Assembly: GCA_009839725.1 (NCBI GenBank)
Contig: VXPF01000024.1
Location: forward strand, 94,775-158,774
Direction: 5' to 3'
Length of the DNA stretch: 64,000 nt
Source: Dehalococcoidia bacterium
GTDB lineage: Bacteria > Chloroflexota > Dehalococcoidia > Tepidiformales > Tepidiformaceae
In this document: positions 36,870 through 46,279 of the stretch, one piece after another
How positions within the stretch are numbered: the stretch's first letter is position 1
Layout: each line of letters begins with the position of its first letter
Notes under the pieces: model-generated
Databases searched by the model: none
Told to the model about the DNA's origin: nothing
Seen by the model: only the letters and a program-made list of their open reading frames with translations
Translations under genes and position numbers: made by a program

Positions 36870-37898
36870 CTACCCCGCCGCCGAAGCCTCCGGCTCGCCC
36901 TCGTACTGCCCGTCGCGCGCCAGGCCGTTCAGCTTCGCCCGCTCATGGAAGGCGGCCTGCGCGGCGCCCTCGTTCTCGACCTTGCCGCCCCATGCTGCCA
37001 GCGCGGGCGCCTGCAGGCCGCGCCCGTACGAGAAGCTCAGCGCCCACGGCTTCTCGCCCGCGGCCGTGTTCATCGCGTTCAGGTTCTCCGTCGACTCCAC
37101 CGCCGACTGCCCGCCGGAGAGGAAGTTGATGGTCGGCACCGCCGCCGGCACCGCCCGCCGGAAGACGGTCAGCGTCGCGTCCGCGACCTCGCCCGGCGAG
37201 GCCTTGCGGCCGCTCTCGCTTCCGGGCAGGACCATGTTCGGCTTCAGCACGATCCCTTCAAGCAGCACGCCGTGCCGGTCCAGCGCCGCGAAGACCGCGT
37301 TCAGCACCGCCTCCGTCACCTCCGCGCAGCGCTCGATCGTGTGGCTGCCGTCCATGAGCACTTCCGGCTCCACGATGGGCACCACGTCCGCCTCCTGGCA
37401 GATTCGCGCGTAGCGGGCCAGCACCTCGGCGTTGGCGGAGATCGCCAGGGCGCTCGGCAGGTCGTCGGTGATGTTGTAGACCTCGCGCCACTTGGCGAAG
37501 CGCGCGCCCTGCTCCTTGTAGCCTTCGAGCCGTCCGGCGAGGCCGTCCAGACCCTCGGTGATCAGGTCGCCCGGGGCGCCCGGCAGGGGAACCGTGCCCT
37601 TGTCGACCTTGATGCCGGGCACGACCCCGGCGGCCGCCGCAACCTCCGGCAGCGGCGTCCCTTCACGGTCCGTCTGCCCCAGCGTCTCCTCGAACAGGAT
37701 CACGCCGCAGATGTACTCGCCCACGCCCGGCGTGGTCAGCAGCAGCGACCGGTAGGCGCGCCGGTTCTCCTCCGTCGATTCCACGCCGATCGAGTCGAAG
37801 CGGCGCTTGATCGTGCGGGTGCTCTCGTCGGCCGCGAGGATGCCCCTGCTTGGTGCGACCAGGTCCGCGACGGTCTGCCGGAGTACGCCTTCGTCCAT
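36870..37898 (-). CDS. fba: Class I fructose-bisphosphate aldolase
   Basis: GILAADES, VPGIKVDKG, PIVEPEVL and the Schiff-base region VLKPNMV. Confidence 0.9.
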   Translation of the reverse strand: MDEGVLRQTVADLVAPSRGILAADESTRTIKRRFDSIGVESTEENRRAYRSLLLTTPGVGEYICGVILFEETLGQTDREGTPLPEVAAAAGVVPGIKVDKGTVPLPGAPGDLITEGLDGLAGRLEGYKEQGARFAKWREVYNITDDLPSALAISANAEVLARYARICQEADVVPIVEPEVLMDGSHTIERCAEVTEAVLNAVFAALDRHGVLLEGIVLKPNMVLPGSESGRKASPGEVADATLTVFRRAVPAAVPTINFLSGGQSAVESTENLNAMNTAAGEKPWALSFSYGRGLQAPALAAWGGKVENEGAAQAAFHERAKLNGLARDGQYEGEPEASAAG

Positions 37899-38026
37899 GT
37901 CTCCCCCCTGTCAGGGCTGGCTTCGATGGGGCCAATAGTACGCCCGTGCGCGTGAGCCGCCATGGGGGAGCGCAAAGGATTCACACTGGGGCCGGGGGAG
38001 GGGTCGGGGGCCGTGCTGGCGGTCGC

Positions 38027-38200
38027 TCAGGCTGCGGTCGGACGGCGGCCGCGGAGCCAGTTCAGGAAGGCCTGTATCCGAGGATTCGGGCCCTTCTCGC
38101 TGCTCCCTGAGTCCTCGAGCTCGGCGAAACCGCTGCCACAAGCCTGGCAGTAGCCGTAGACGTTCAGGTTCATGTGACCACAGGTCGGGCACTTCTTCAT
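38027..38200 (-). CDS. Small zinc-ribbon protein (57 aa)
   Basis: Below the track size cutoff. [25 protein letters not shown] carries two CxxC pairs. Third-position GC is high over all 58 codons. No clear SD. Confidence 0.5.
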   Translation of the reverse strand: MKKCPTCGHMNLNVYGYCQACGSGFAELEDSGSSEKGPNPRIQAFLNWLRGRRPTAA

Positions 38201-38302
38201 GGCGCCAGTCTAGCCTGCCCGGACACCCCCGGCACGGGCAGGCGGATTGTTCGCACGGATCGGGCCTTGCAAACTGGAGGGACTACCGCCGGGAGAGCCC
38301 AC

Positions 38303-38944
38303 GTGAGCCTTGATCCCATCCGCGACATCATGCCCCTCGTCATCGAGTCCGATGGACGCCGCGAACGCGCCTACGACATCTACTCGCTCCTGCTCAAGGA
38401 GCGCATCGTCTTCCTGGGAACGCCGATCGACGCGATGGTCGCGAACATCATCATCGCCCAGCTCCTCTACCTCGACCGCGAGGACGACGAGAAGGACGTG
38501 ACCCTCTACGTGAACAGCCCCGGCGGGAGCGTCACCGCGGGCCTCGCCATCTACGACACCATGCAGCTCATCCGTCCCGACGTCGCCACCGTCTGCATCG
38601 GGCTGGCGGCGAGCATGGGCACCGTGCTCCTCACCGGCGGGACCAAAGGCAAGCGCACGGCCCTCCCCAACGCCACTGTCCACCTCCACCAGGTGATGGG
38701 CGGCGCCGAGGGTCAGGCCTCCGACATCGAGATCCAGGCCAGGGAGACGCTTCGCCTCCAGGCCATCCTGCGCAACATCATCCACGAGCAGACGGGCCAG
38801 CCGATGGAGCGCATCGAGCGCGACACCGACCGCGACTTCTGGCTCGATGCGCAAGCGGCCAAGGAATACGGCCTCGTCGACGAGGTGCTCGAAGGCCCGG
38901 TCGCCGGCGCCAACGGCGCGACCTCCGACTCGGCCGGCAGCTAG
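38303..38944 (+). CDS. clpP: ATP-dependent Clp protease proteolytic subunit
   Basis: [29 protein letters not shown] and YVNSPGGSV, with the catalytic Ser in GLAASMG. Start is GTG 38303 after GGGAGAG; an alternative ATG lies at 38330. Confidence 0.9.
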   Translation: MSLDPIRDIMPLVIESDGRRERAYDIYSLLLKERIVFLGTPIDAMVANIIIAQLLYLDREDDEKDVTLYVNSPGGSVTAGLAIYDTMQLIRPDVATVCIGLAASMGTVLLTGGTKGKRTALPNATVHLHQVMGGAEGQASDIEIQARETLRLQAILRNIIHEQTGQPMERIERDTDRDFWLDAQAAKEYGLVDEVLEGPVAGANGATSDSAGS

Positions 38945-40218
38945 CCCGTTTCCGGCTCGATCACCTTCGCTCCGCCCATGTAGGGGTGGAGCACGGCGGG
39001 CACGGCCACCGAGCCGTCCGCCTGCTGGTAGTTCTCGATGATCGAGATGAGCGCACGCGGGGCGCCCAGCCCCGAGCCGTTGAGCAGGTGCGGGAACCGT
39101 GGCCGCGCGTCCGCCTCCGGGCGGTAGCGAACGTTCGCCCGCCGTGCCTGGAAGTCGAGCGTGTCCGACACCGAGCTCACCTCGAGCCACTCCTCGACGC
39201 CAGGCGACCAGAGCTCGACGTCGTACGCCTTCGACGCCTTGAAGCCGATGTCCCCGGCGCAGAGCTGGAGCACCCGGTAGCGAATCTCCAGCGCTTCCGC
39301 GAGCCCGCAGGCCCGCTCGACCATCGCCTGCAGCTCCCGCTCGCTCTCCTCCGGCTCGCAGAAGACAAACATCTCGACCTTCTCGAACTGGTGGAGGCGC
39401 TTCAGTCCGCGCGTATCCCGGCCCGCGCTCATCTTCTCGCGGCGGAAGCAGGGTGTGTGCGCCACGAGGCGCTGCGGGAGCGAGTCCGGAGACAGAATCT
39501 CGTCGCGGTAGAGGTTCGCGAACGGCGCCTCCGCCGTCGGAACGAAGAGGTAGTCCTGCTCTGCGTCCTGGTACAGGTTCTCGCGGAAGTCGGGCAGGTG
39601 GCCGGATGCGAAGAACGACTCCTCCGTGAGCATGTACGGGAGATAGTGTTCGACATAACCATCGGCGACGTGGCAGTCGATCATCCACTGGATCATCGCC
39701 CGGTGGAGCCGCGCGATGCCTCCGCGCAGCACGAAGAAGCGGGAGCCGGACATCTTCGCCCCCCGCGCCAGGTCGATGCCGTCCAGCGCCTCCCCCACCT
39801 CCCAGTGCGGCCTCGGCTCGAAGTCGAACGTTGCCGGCTCTCCAACGGTGCGAACAGTCACGTTTTCGCTCTCGTCGGCGCCCGGCGGCGTCTCCGGATC
39901 GAGGATGTTGGGAACCTCGTAGAGCGCCTCCTGCAACGCCGCCTCGGTCTCCCGCAGCTGGTCCTCCAAGCCGTCGAGCCGCTCGCCGACCGCGCGCGCC
40001 GCCTCGATACGCTGCGTGCGCTCCTCCGCGTCCTGCGTCTGGCCGATGGCCTTGCTGGCGGTGTTGCGCTCCGCCCGCAACCCCTCAACCTCCCCTATGA
40101 GCGTGCGGCGCCGCTCGTCGAGCGTGAGGATGTCGTCGATGGGTGCGTCCGCGCCGCGTGCGGCGACGTCGCTCCTGACCCGATCGGCGTTCTCGCGGAT
40201 GAACTGCGCGCTCAGCAT
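38941..40218 (-). CDS. serS: Seryl-tRNA synthetase
   Basis: [16 protein letters not shown]-terminal coiled-coil arm plus class II core motifs ([12 protein letters not shown]). Start moved to ATG 40218. Confidence 0.92.
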   Translation of the reverse strand: MLSAQFIRENADRVRSDVAARGADAPIDDILTLDERRRTLIGEVEGLRAERNTASKAIGQTQDAEERTQRIEAARAVGERLDGLEDQLRETEAALQEALYEVPNILDPETPPGADESENVTVRTVGEPATFDFEPRPHWEVGEALDGIDLARGAKMSGSRFFVLRGGIARLHRAMIQWMIDCHVADGYVEHYLPYMLTEESFFASGHLPDFRENLYQDAEQDYLFVPTAEAPFANLYRDEILSPDSLPQRLVAHTPCFRREKMSAGRDTRGLKRLHQFEKVEMFVFCEPEESERELQAMVERACGLAEALEIRYRVLQLCAGDIGFKASKAYDVELWSPGVEEWLEVSSVSDTLDFQARRANVRYRPEADARPRFPHLLNGSGLGAPRALISIIENYQQADGSVAVPAVLHPYMGGAKVIEPETG

Positions 40219-40721
40219 CGCAGTTCTTCCTCCTCCGCCGCGTCCAGCGCCCTCACCCCGAGCAATCGCACGTCTTCGGCCACGGGCACGAGCGTACCAT
40301 CGGGTGCGGGGAGCGAAAACGCGCCCGCCAGCGTCCCTCGGTCCACCCAGCGGCACGGCCCGTGCGGAATGGGAGCGTCGAAGTCCACCTGCTCTGTCGC
40401 CCGCGTGAAGTAGACGTGGTCGATGTGCTGGTGGAACGGCTGGTCTTCCCGCTCGATGTCCTCGATCAGGATCACCGCCGGGGGCGGCAGTACCTCGGGC
40501 TCGTCCACGACCAGCAGATCGGGCGGCGCGATGACCTCCACTTCCAGTCCCGACTCCTCCCAGGCCTCACGCAGGGCTGCCTGCAGGGGATCCTCGTTCG
40601 CCTCGATGTGCCCCCCGGGCGGGAGCCACATGCCCAGCTTGGCATGCCAGAGCAGCAGCGTGCGGTCGCCGGACACTACGTAGCCCGTGCTGGTCGCGTG
40701 GCGTTCGACCGGCTCCGTCAC
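40212..40721 (-). CDS. NUDIX hydrolase
   Basis: Perfect Nudix box GHIEANEDPLQAALREAWEESGL. GTGA overlap with the lysS stop and a 7-nt overlap with the serS start. Confidence 0.85.
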   Translation of the reverse strand: MTEPVERHATSTGYVVSGDRTLLLWHAKLGMWLPPGGHIEANEDPLQAALREAWEESGLEVEVIAPPDLLVVDEPEVLPPPAVILIEDIEREDQPFHQHIDHVYFTRATEQVDFDAPIPHGPCRWVDRGTLAGAFSLPAPDGTLVPVAEDVRLLGVRALDAAEEEELRC

Positions 40722-42256
40722 TCGTCGTCCTGCCGCGAGAGGCTGCGGTGCTGCGGGAAGAGGATCACCTCGCGGATGCTCGTCTGTCCCGTCAGCAGCA
40801 TGACCAGCCGGTCGATGCCCAGCCCGAGCCCGCCCGCAGGGGGCATGCCGTGCTCCAGCGCCAGCAGGAAGTCCTCGTCCGCCAGCTCCACCTCGTCGTC
40901 GCCCGCCAGCCGCAGCGCCCGCTGCGCCTCGAAACGCTCCCGCTGGTCCACCGGGTCGTTTAGCTCCGAGTAGGCGTTTGCGAACTCGAAGCCGCCCACG
41001 AACGCCTCGAAGCGCTCCACCAGCCCATCGGCGCCCGCCTTCCGCTTCGCCAGCGGCGAGAGCTCGATCGGGTAGTCGAGCAGGAATGTGGGCTGGACCA
41101 GGTGCGGCTCCAACAGGTCGCTGGCGGCGATGTCGATCAGCTTCCCGCGACCGGCCTCGGAAGGGGCGTCCAGCCCCCGACGCCGCAGCTCCTCCCGCAG
41201 CGCCTCCGTGTCCCCGAACTGCTCCAGGTCGAGGCCTCCGTACTCCCGCAGCGCCTCCACGTAGCCAAGCCGTCGCCAGGGAGGTGCGAAATCGATCTCG
41301 TTCCCGCCGAACGACACGGTCGTTGCGCCCAGCACCTCCTGCGCCACCCCGCTCACCACTTCCTCGACGAGCGTCGCCATCGTCCCGTAGTCGCCGTAGG
41401 CCTCGTACAGTTCGAGCATCGTGAACTCGGGGTTGTGGCGCTGGCTGAAGCCCTCGTTGCGGAAGATCCGCCCGATCTCGTACACGCGCTCATAGCCGCC
41501 CACGAGCAGCCGCTTCAGGTGCAGCTCCAGGCTGATGCGCAGGACGCGGTCCTCGCCAAGCGCTTCGAAGTGCGTCTCGAAGGGCCGTGCCGCCGCTCCC
41601 CCCGCCTCCTCCTGCAGCACCGACGTTTCCACTTCGAGGTAACCGCGCTCGTCCAGGCGCCGCCGGATCGCCGCCACGATCTGGCTGCGCGTTCGGAACG
41701 TGTCGCGAACCTCCTCGTTCGCCATCAGGTCCAGGTAGCGCTGTCGCTGGCGGGTCTCCACGTCGGTCAGCCCGTGGAACTTCTCCGGCGGCGCCCGCAG
41801 CGCCTTCGTGATCAGCTGCCACGAAGTCGCCCCAACCGTCGGCTCGCCCGTCCGCGTGCGCATGGGCGTGCCCTGGACGGCCACGAAGTCCCCCAGGTCG
41901 AGCAGCTTTAGCCGCTCGTAGGCGTCGTCGCCCACCACGTTGCGGCGCAGCAGCGCCTGCAGCCGGCCGCTGCCGTCGAGCACGTCGAGGAAGCTCGCCC
42001 GTCCCATGCCCCGCTGCGCCACCACCCGCCCCACGACGGCCACGGGATCGAGGTCCGGCTCAGCCCCGCTCTCGACCCCTCCCAGCATGGCGATCACGTC
42101 GGCGTTCGAGTGCGTCCGCTCGATGCGGGGTGGGTAGGGGTCGTGCCCCGCGTCGCGAAGCTGGTCCGCCCGCTCGATGCGCTGGGCGCGAAGGCTTTCG
42201 GCTCCGGTCCCCGCCGGCTCGCCTTCCGCTGCCTGTGTGTCCTGTTCCTCGCCCAT
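40718..42256 (-). CDS. lysS: Lysyl-tRNA synthetase, class II
   Basis: OB-fold N-domain, RIFRNEG motif 2 region and GGLGLGIDRLVMLL motif 3. Confidence 0.92.
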   Translation of the reverse strand: MGEEQDTQAAEGEPAGTGAESLRAQRIERADQLRDAGHDPYPPRIERTHSNADVIAMLGGVESGAEPDLDPVAVVGRVVAQRGMGRASFLDVLDGSGRLQALLRRNVVGDDAYERLKLLDLGDFVAVQGTPMRTRTGEPTVGATSWQLITKALRAPPEKFHGLTDVETRQRQRYLDLMANEEVRDTFRTRSQIVAAIRRRLDERGYLEVETSVLQEEAGGAAARPFETHFEALGEDRVLRISLELHLKRLLVGGYERVYEIGRIFRNEGFSQRHNPEFTMLELYEAYGDYGTMATLVEEVVSGVAQEVLGATTVSFGGNEIDFAPPWRRLGYVEALREYGGLDLEQFGDTEALREELRRRGLDAPSEAGRGKLIDIAASDLLEPHLVQPTFLLDYPIELSPLAKRKAGADGLVERFEAFVGGFEFANAYSELNDPVDQRERFEAQRALRLAGDDEVELADEDFLLALEHGMPPAGGLGLGIDRLVMLLTGQTSIREVILFPQHRSLSRQDDE

Positions 42257-42338
42257 CGTGACCTTCGTCCTGATTCTCGCAGCAAAGAGGGCCGCGCGTT
42301 GGCGACCCTCACCGGTTGTGACCGTGGCGCCGCCCGGG

Positions 42339-42806
42339 TTAGTCGATATCGAGCACCTTCAGCTTGATGGTGCCGCTGGGCACCTCGATCTCGACCTCCT
42401 CACCCTTGGACCGTCCCAGCAGGGCCGCTCCGATGGGCGATTCGTTGGAGATGCGGCCTTCCGCCGCGTTTGCTTCCGGCGGACCGACGATCTGGTAGTG
42501 CAGCGTCTTGCGACCCTGCCGCACCTTCACGCCGCTGCCGACCACCACGCGCGAGGCGTGGTGCGCGCCCTCTTCGTCGATGATGACCGCGCGGCGAAGC
42601 AGGTCCTCGACGTTGAGGATCTTGCCCTCGAGCAGGCTCTGCTCCTGTTTCGCGTTGTCGTATTCGGCGTCGTTCTGGCTGGTGCCCAGCTCGCGCGCCT
42701 TGTGAATGTGGTCCGCGACCGTCTTGCGATCCGACTTCAGGCTCTCCAGCTCCTCCTGGAGTCTGGCGACGCCCTCTTCCGTCATCGGCACTGGTTCTTG
42801 AGGCAT
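42339..42806 (-). CDS. greA: Transcription elongation factor GreA
   Basis: LQEELESLKS coiled-coil N-domain and C-terminal NESPIGAALLGRSKGEEVEIEVP. Confidence 0.9.
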   Translation of the reverse strand: MPQEPVPMTEEGVARLQEELESLKSDRKTVADHIHKARELGTSQNDAEYDNAKQEQSLLEGKILNVEDLLRRAVIIDEEGAHHASRVVVGSGVKVRQGRKTLHYQIVGPPEANAAEGRISNESPIGAALLGRSKGEEVEIEVPSGTIKLKVLDID

Positions 42807-43092
42807 GATTTGTGGCCCTTACGCAGACGAGCCGCCTCCTGGGGAGGCCGCTCGCGGAAGCCACAGTATACCGTAACGGGCGCTCGCTCCTCCCCCTCTG
42901 GATGTAGGCTGCCGGTAAGGGATAATCCGTTTCGATGCGTGCGCCGTCCGTCCCGACCACCACCCCCGGAGCGGGCTGCAGGCCACCCCTTCCCGCGGTG
43001 CTGCCGTGATTCGGCCGGGCCCTCGCCGGGGCTACGCCGGGGGAGCCGTGCAGGGCGCAACCCTCTCCGGTGGCCGCGGTCGGCCGTCCCCG

Positions 43093-44685
43093 ATGCGCTT
43101 CATCGTGCTCGCCCTCATCGGCATCGCCGTCCTCACGATCGGCATCCTTGCCTGGTTCTTCTTGGGTCGCGGCTCCTCCGAGTGCTCCAGCGACTACTGC
43201 GAGACGTCCCTCGCCACCATCGAGATTCCCGCCGACTTCGAGCAGCACAGCAAGCTCTTCGAGCGGAACCCCAATGCCGATCCCGTCCCCGATGGCTTCG
43301 ACCTGGAAGTTGCGATCCCCCTGGAGGTGCCGACCACTGACGACCGTGGTCTCAGCATCTACGGCTACAGCACCGAGAGCCAGATCTGGGAGCCCATCGC
43401 CAGCATTGTGCTGAACGAGACCGGCGAACTTGCCACCGGGCGCTTTGCCGATCCCCCGGAGTACCTCGCGGTGTTCCGCAGGCTCAACGAGGGCCGGCAG
43501 GTTGTCGCCTACCTGAATCGCAACGACACCCTTCACCCCACCGCCGCTCTCCTCGCGACCGTCGTGCACACATTCGACTTCACCCCTGCCCCTGATGGCT
43601 CGCTCGAGGGCCAGCCAAGTCCCCGCCCCGCCACGACCGCTGTTCACTACCCTGTCATCTCCGCCTCCTCCGAGATCGACGGCTCCGTTCCCAACGTCGA
43701 TAACATCCTCTCCACGGGCGCCGACCGCACCAACCATGTCCGCCAGATCCTCCAGCGCGTCGCCGCCCATCGTCTCGCGGGCATCGACATCGCCTACCTC
43801 GACCTGCGCGCCGACCATCGAACGTCGTTCACCCTGCTCATCTCCGAGCTCGCCGAAGGGCTGCATGCCCAGGGCAAGACGCTGACCCTGACGCTGCCGG
43901 CCCCCCTGAAGGGCATCGATCGCATCGATGAGGGCGCCTACGACTGGGCCGCCCTCGGCCAGTCCGCCGATCTCATCAAGGTCGCCCCCATTCGCGACCA
44001 GAGCACCTATCGCCTCCACCTGCCGGAAATCCTCGAGCACATCACGGCCGTCGTTGACCCGGCCAAGGTCATCCTCACGATCACCCCCTACGCCTCGGAG
44101 AAGTCCGCCGACGGCGTGCGTAGCCTCACGCTCACCGAAGCCATGACCGTCGCCAGCAAGCTCGCCATCCGCAGCGAGAACATGGAGGTCGGCGGCGACA
44201 TCCAGGTCGTGGCCGTCAACATCGATCGCGACGAAGGGCTGAGCGGGCTGCGCTGGCAGCCGGAGACGGCGACCGTGGCCTTCACCTACAAGCTGAACGG
44301 CGGGCGCACCGTCTGGATCGAGAACATGTTCAGTGCCGGCTTCAAGCTCGAGTTCGTGAGCGTGTACGGCCTTGGCGGTCTTGCCGTGGAGGACTCCAGC
44401 GTCAATGTCTTCCTCGGCAACATCTGGACCGCGGTCGAGCCCTTCGTCGCGTCCGGCCAGGCGGTGCTGCTGCAGCCCGACCAGGACCAACTCCTGCCCC
44501 GGTGGGAGGTCACCGCCGGAAACCTCGTGGGGGGTGAACGCGGCCTCGTTACCTGGCAGACGCCCCTTGAGGCCGGCTCCTACACCGTCACCCTCACCCT
44601 CAGCGATGGCGTCGAGCGCTTCGAGAGCCGCATCGTGCTCTTTCTCGAATCGCTGGAGGACGAGCCGGTCGAGGAGACTCCCTGA
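43093..44685 (+). CDS. Membrane-anchored glycoside hydrolase family 18-like protein with a degenerate catalytic motif
   Basis: N-terminal TM helix. GH18-like barrel segments (LAGIDIAYLDL, LTLTLPAP, YGLGGLAVEDSS). C-terminal Ig-like segment. Start moved to ATG 43093. Confidence 0.6.
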   Translation: MRFIVLALIGIAVLTIGILAWFFLGRGSSECSSDYCETSLATIEIPADFEQHSKLFERNPNADPVPDGFDLEVAIPLEVPTTDDRGLSIYGYSTESQIWEPIASIVLNETGELATGRFADPPEYLAVFRRLNEGRQVVAYLNRNDTLHPTAALLATVVHTFDFTPAPDGSLEGQPSPRPATTAVHYPVISASSEIDGSVPNVDNILSTGADRTNHVRQILQRVAAHRLAGIDIAYLDLRADHRTSFTLLISELAEGLHAQGKTLTLTLPAPLKGIDRIDEGAYDWAALGQSADLIKVAPIRDQSTYRLHLPEILEHITAVVDPAKVILTITPYASEKSADGVRSLTLTEAMTVASKLAIRSENMEVGGDIQVVAVNIDRDEGLSGLRWQPETATVAFTYKLNGGRTVWIENMFSAGFKLEFVSVYGLGGLAVEDSSVNVFLGNIWTAVEPFVASGQAVLLQPDQDQLLPRWEVTAGNLVGGERGLVTWQTPLEAGSYTVTLTLSDGVERFESRIVLFLESLEDEPVEETP

Positions 44686-45246
44686 GTGGCCCAGGCGCGT
44701 GTCCGCGTGACCGGCGGCGCCCTCAAAGGCTTCCAGCTGGCCGAGGCCGGTGGCGCCCGCCTGCGCCCCACCAGCGCCCGCGTGCGTGAAGCCATCTTCA
44801 ACGTCCTCGCCGCCCGCATCGACGATGCCGCCGTGCTCGACCTCTTCGCGGGAACGGGGGCGCTCGGCATCGAGGCGCTCAGCCGCGGCGCCGGCCGCGC
44901 CGTCTTCGTCGAGAGCCACCGCCCCGCCGCCCGCGCCATCGTCCAGAGCCTCGCCCGCGCCGGGCTGGCGGAACAGGGTTCGGTCGTCCGTGGCGCCCTG
45001 CCCACCGCACTGGACTCCCTCGATGGCCCCTTCGACCTCGTCTTCTCCGATCCTCCCTACGACTCCGAGCAGGCCCTGCCGACGCTTGCCGCGCTCGCAC
45101 CGCTCCTCGCCGAAGGCGGTCTGGTCGTCTATGAGCACCGGAGCCGATACAATCCGCCCGAACGCCCGCTCGGCCTCACGTTGTCCGATAGGCGGGTCTA
45201 TGGCGATACCGCCGTGGCGTTCTTCGTGGCGTTGGAGGGTGCATGA
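44686..45246 (+). CDS. rsmD: 16S rRNA (guanine966-N2)-methyltransferase RsmD
   Basis: DLFAGTGALGIEALSRGA SAM motif and FSDPPY. Conserved pairing with coaD. Confidence 0.85.
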   Translation: MAQARVRVTGGALKGFQLAEAGGARLRPTSARVREAIFNVLAARIDDAAVLDLFAGTGALGIEALSRGAGRAVFVESHRPAARAIVQSLARAGLAEQGSVVRGALPTALDSLDGPFDLVFSDPPYDSEQALPTLAALAPLLAEGGLVVYEHRSRYNPPERPLGLTLSDRRVYGDTAVAFFVALEGA

Positions 45247-45728
45247 GAACCGCGATCTTCCCGGGTGCCTTCGATCCTGTGACTAACGGGCACCTGGACC
45301 TCGTCAAGCGCATGACCGGCCTCTTCGATCAGGTGATCGTGGCCGTGATTCGCGGGCGCGAAAAGAGCACGATGTTCACCTGCGAGGAGCGAATCGAGCT
45401 CTTCCGCGAGGCAGTCAAGGAGCTCCCCAACGTCGAGGTGGAGATGCTCGACGGCCTCACCGTCGAGTTCGCCAAGAACAGGGGCGCCGTCGCCATCGTC
45501 CGCGGCATCCGTGGTGGCGGCGACTTCGAGTACGAGTTCGATATGGCCCTCATGAACCGCAAGATGGCGCCCTCCATCGAGTCCGTTTACCTGATGACCA
45601 ACCACGAGTACATCTACGTCAGCGCGAGCCGCGTGCGGGAGGTTTCCCAGCTCGGCTACGACGTGGACGGCCTCGTTCCCGACCACGTGCGGGCCGCCAT
45701 CCGCGAGCGGGTCGGGCTCAGCCGCTAG
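45243..45728 (+). CDS. coaD: Phosphopantetheine adenylyltransferase
   Basis: AIFPGAFDPVTNGHLDL (HxGH) and SASRVRE. ATGA overlap with rsmD. Confidence 0.92.
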   Translation: MRTAIFPGAFDPVTNGHLDLVKRMTGLFDQVIVAVIRGREKSTMFTCEERIELFREAVKELPNVEVEMLDGLTVEFAKNRGAVAIVRGIRGGGDFEYEFDMALMNRKMAPSIESVYLMTNHEYIYVSASRVREVSQLGYDVDGLVPDHVRAAIRERVGLSR

Positions 45729-45748
45729 CTCGCAGGGGGAGGCCCCCG

Positions 45749-46261
45749 GTGGAACTCCTCGAACTGATCGCAAGCCTCGAGTCCCTCGTCGTGCAGGCGC
45801 GCCGCCTTCCCGTGGGAGGCAATCTCGTTATCGAGCGGCGCGCCATCCTCGACCTCGTCGATCAGCTCCGCCTCGCCGTTCCCGATAACGTTCGCCAGGC
45901 CGCCCAGGTGCTCGAGCAGCGTGAGCAGCTTCTGCGCGACGCCAAGGAGCATGGCCAGGCCCTGATCGAGGAGGCGGAGCGTGAGCGTGCACGGCTCGTG
46001 AGCGCGACGTCCGTCGTGCAGGAAGCGGAGAAGCGCAGCCAGGAGATCATCATCGACAGCGAGGCGCGCGCCCGGCAAACCATCGCGGACGCCGACGCCA
46101 CCGCCGCCGCTCACCTGAGCGAAGCCGCCCAGGCGGCCGCCAGCCAGCTCCAGGATGCCGACCACTACGCCGTCTCCGTCATCGAGAAGCTGCAGGCCGA
46201 TATCCGCGCCGTCCTCGAAGCGCTCGACCGCAGCAGCGAGAGCCTCAGGGAGTCGCGTTGA
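45749..46261 (+). CDS. Coiled-coil hypothetical protein (ATP synthase b/DivIVA-like heptads)
   Basis: Ala/Glu/Arg/Gln-rich heptad sequence. GTG start 21 nt after coaD. Confidence 0.5.
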   Translation: MELLELIASLESLVVQARRLPVGGNLVIERRAILDLVDQLRLAVPDNVRQAAQVLEQREQLLRDAKEHGQALIEEAERERARLVSATSVVQEAEKRSQEIIIDSEARARQTIADADATAAAHLSEAAQAAASQLQDADHYAVSVIEKLQADIRAVLEALDRSSESLRESR

Positions 46262-46279
46262 CTCCCTTCCCGGCCGTCC

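Noticed and set aside
37911-38192. 93-aa minus-strand ORF upstream of clpP
   Set aside because: It is Arg/Pro/Ser-rich with no motif. A different frame on the same strand gives a clean double-CxxC zinc-ribbon ORF with better codon bias.
42826-42850. Imperfect hairpin GAGCCGCCTCC-TGG-GGAGGCCGCTC in the greA / GH18-like divergent intergenic region
   Set aside because: It has one mismatch and no adjacent upstream gene to terminate. It could be a 5'-UTR structure, but nothing distinguishes it from the chance GC-rich stems that are common in this sequence.
42400-45138. 912-aa minus-strand ORF, the longest in the track
   Set aside because: It is antisense to the GH18-like gene and rsmD. Its composition is Gly/Ala/Arg/Asp-rich with no recognisable motif. 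This is the typical stop-free shadow frame of a high-GC genome. The plus-strand genes carry clear family motifs.
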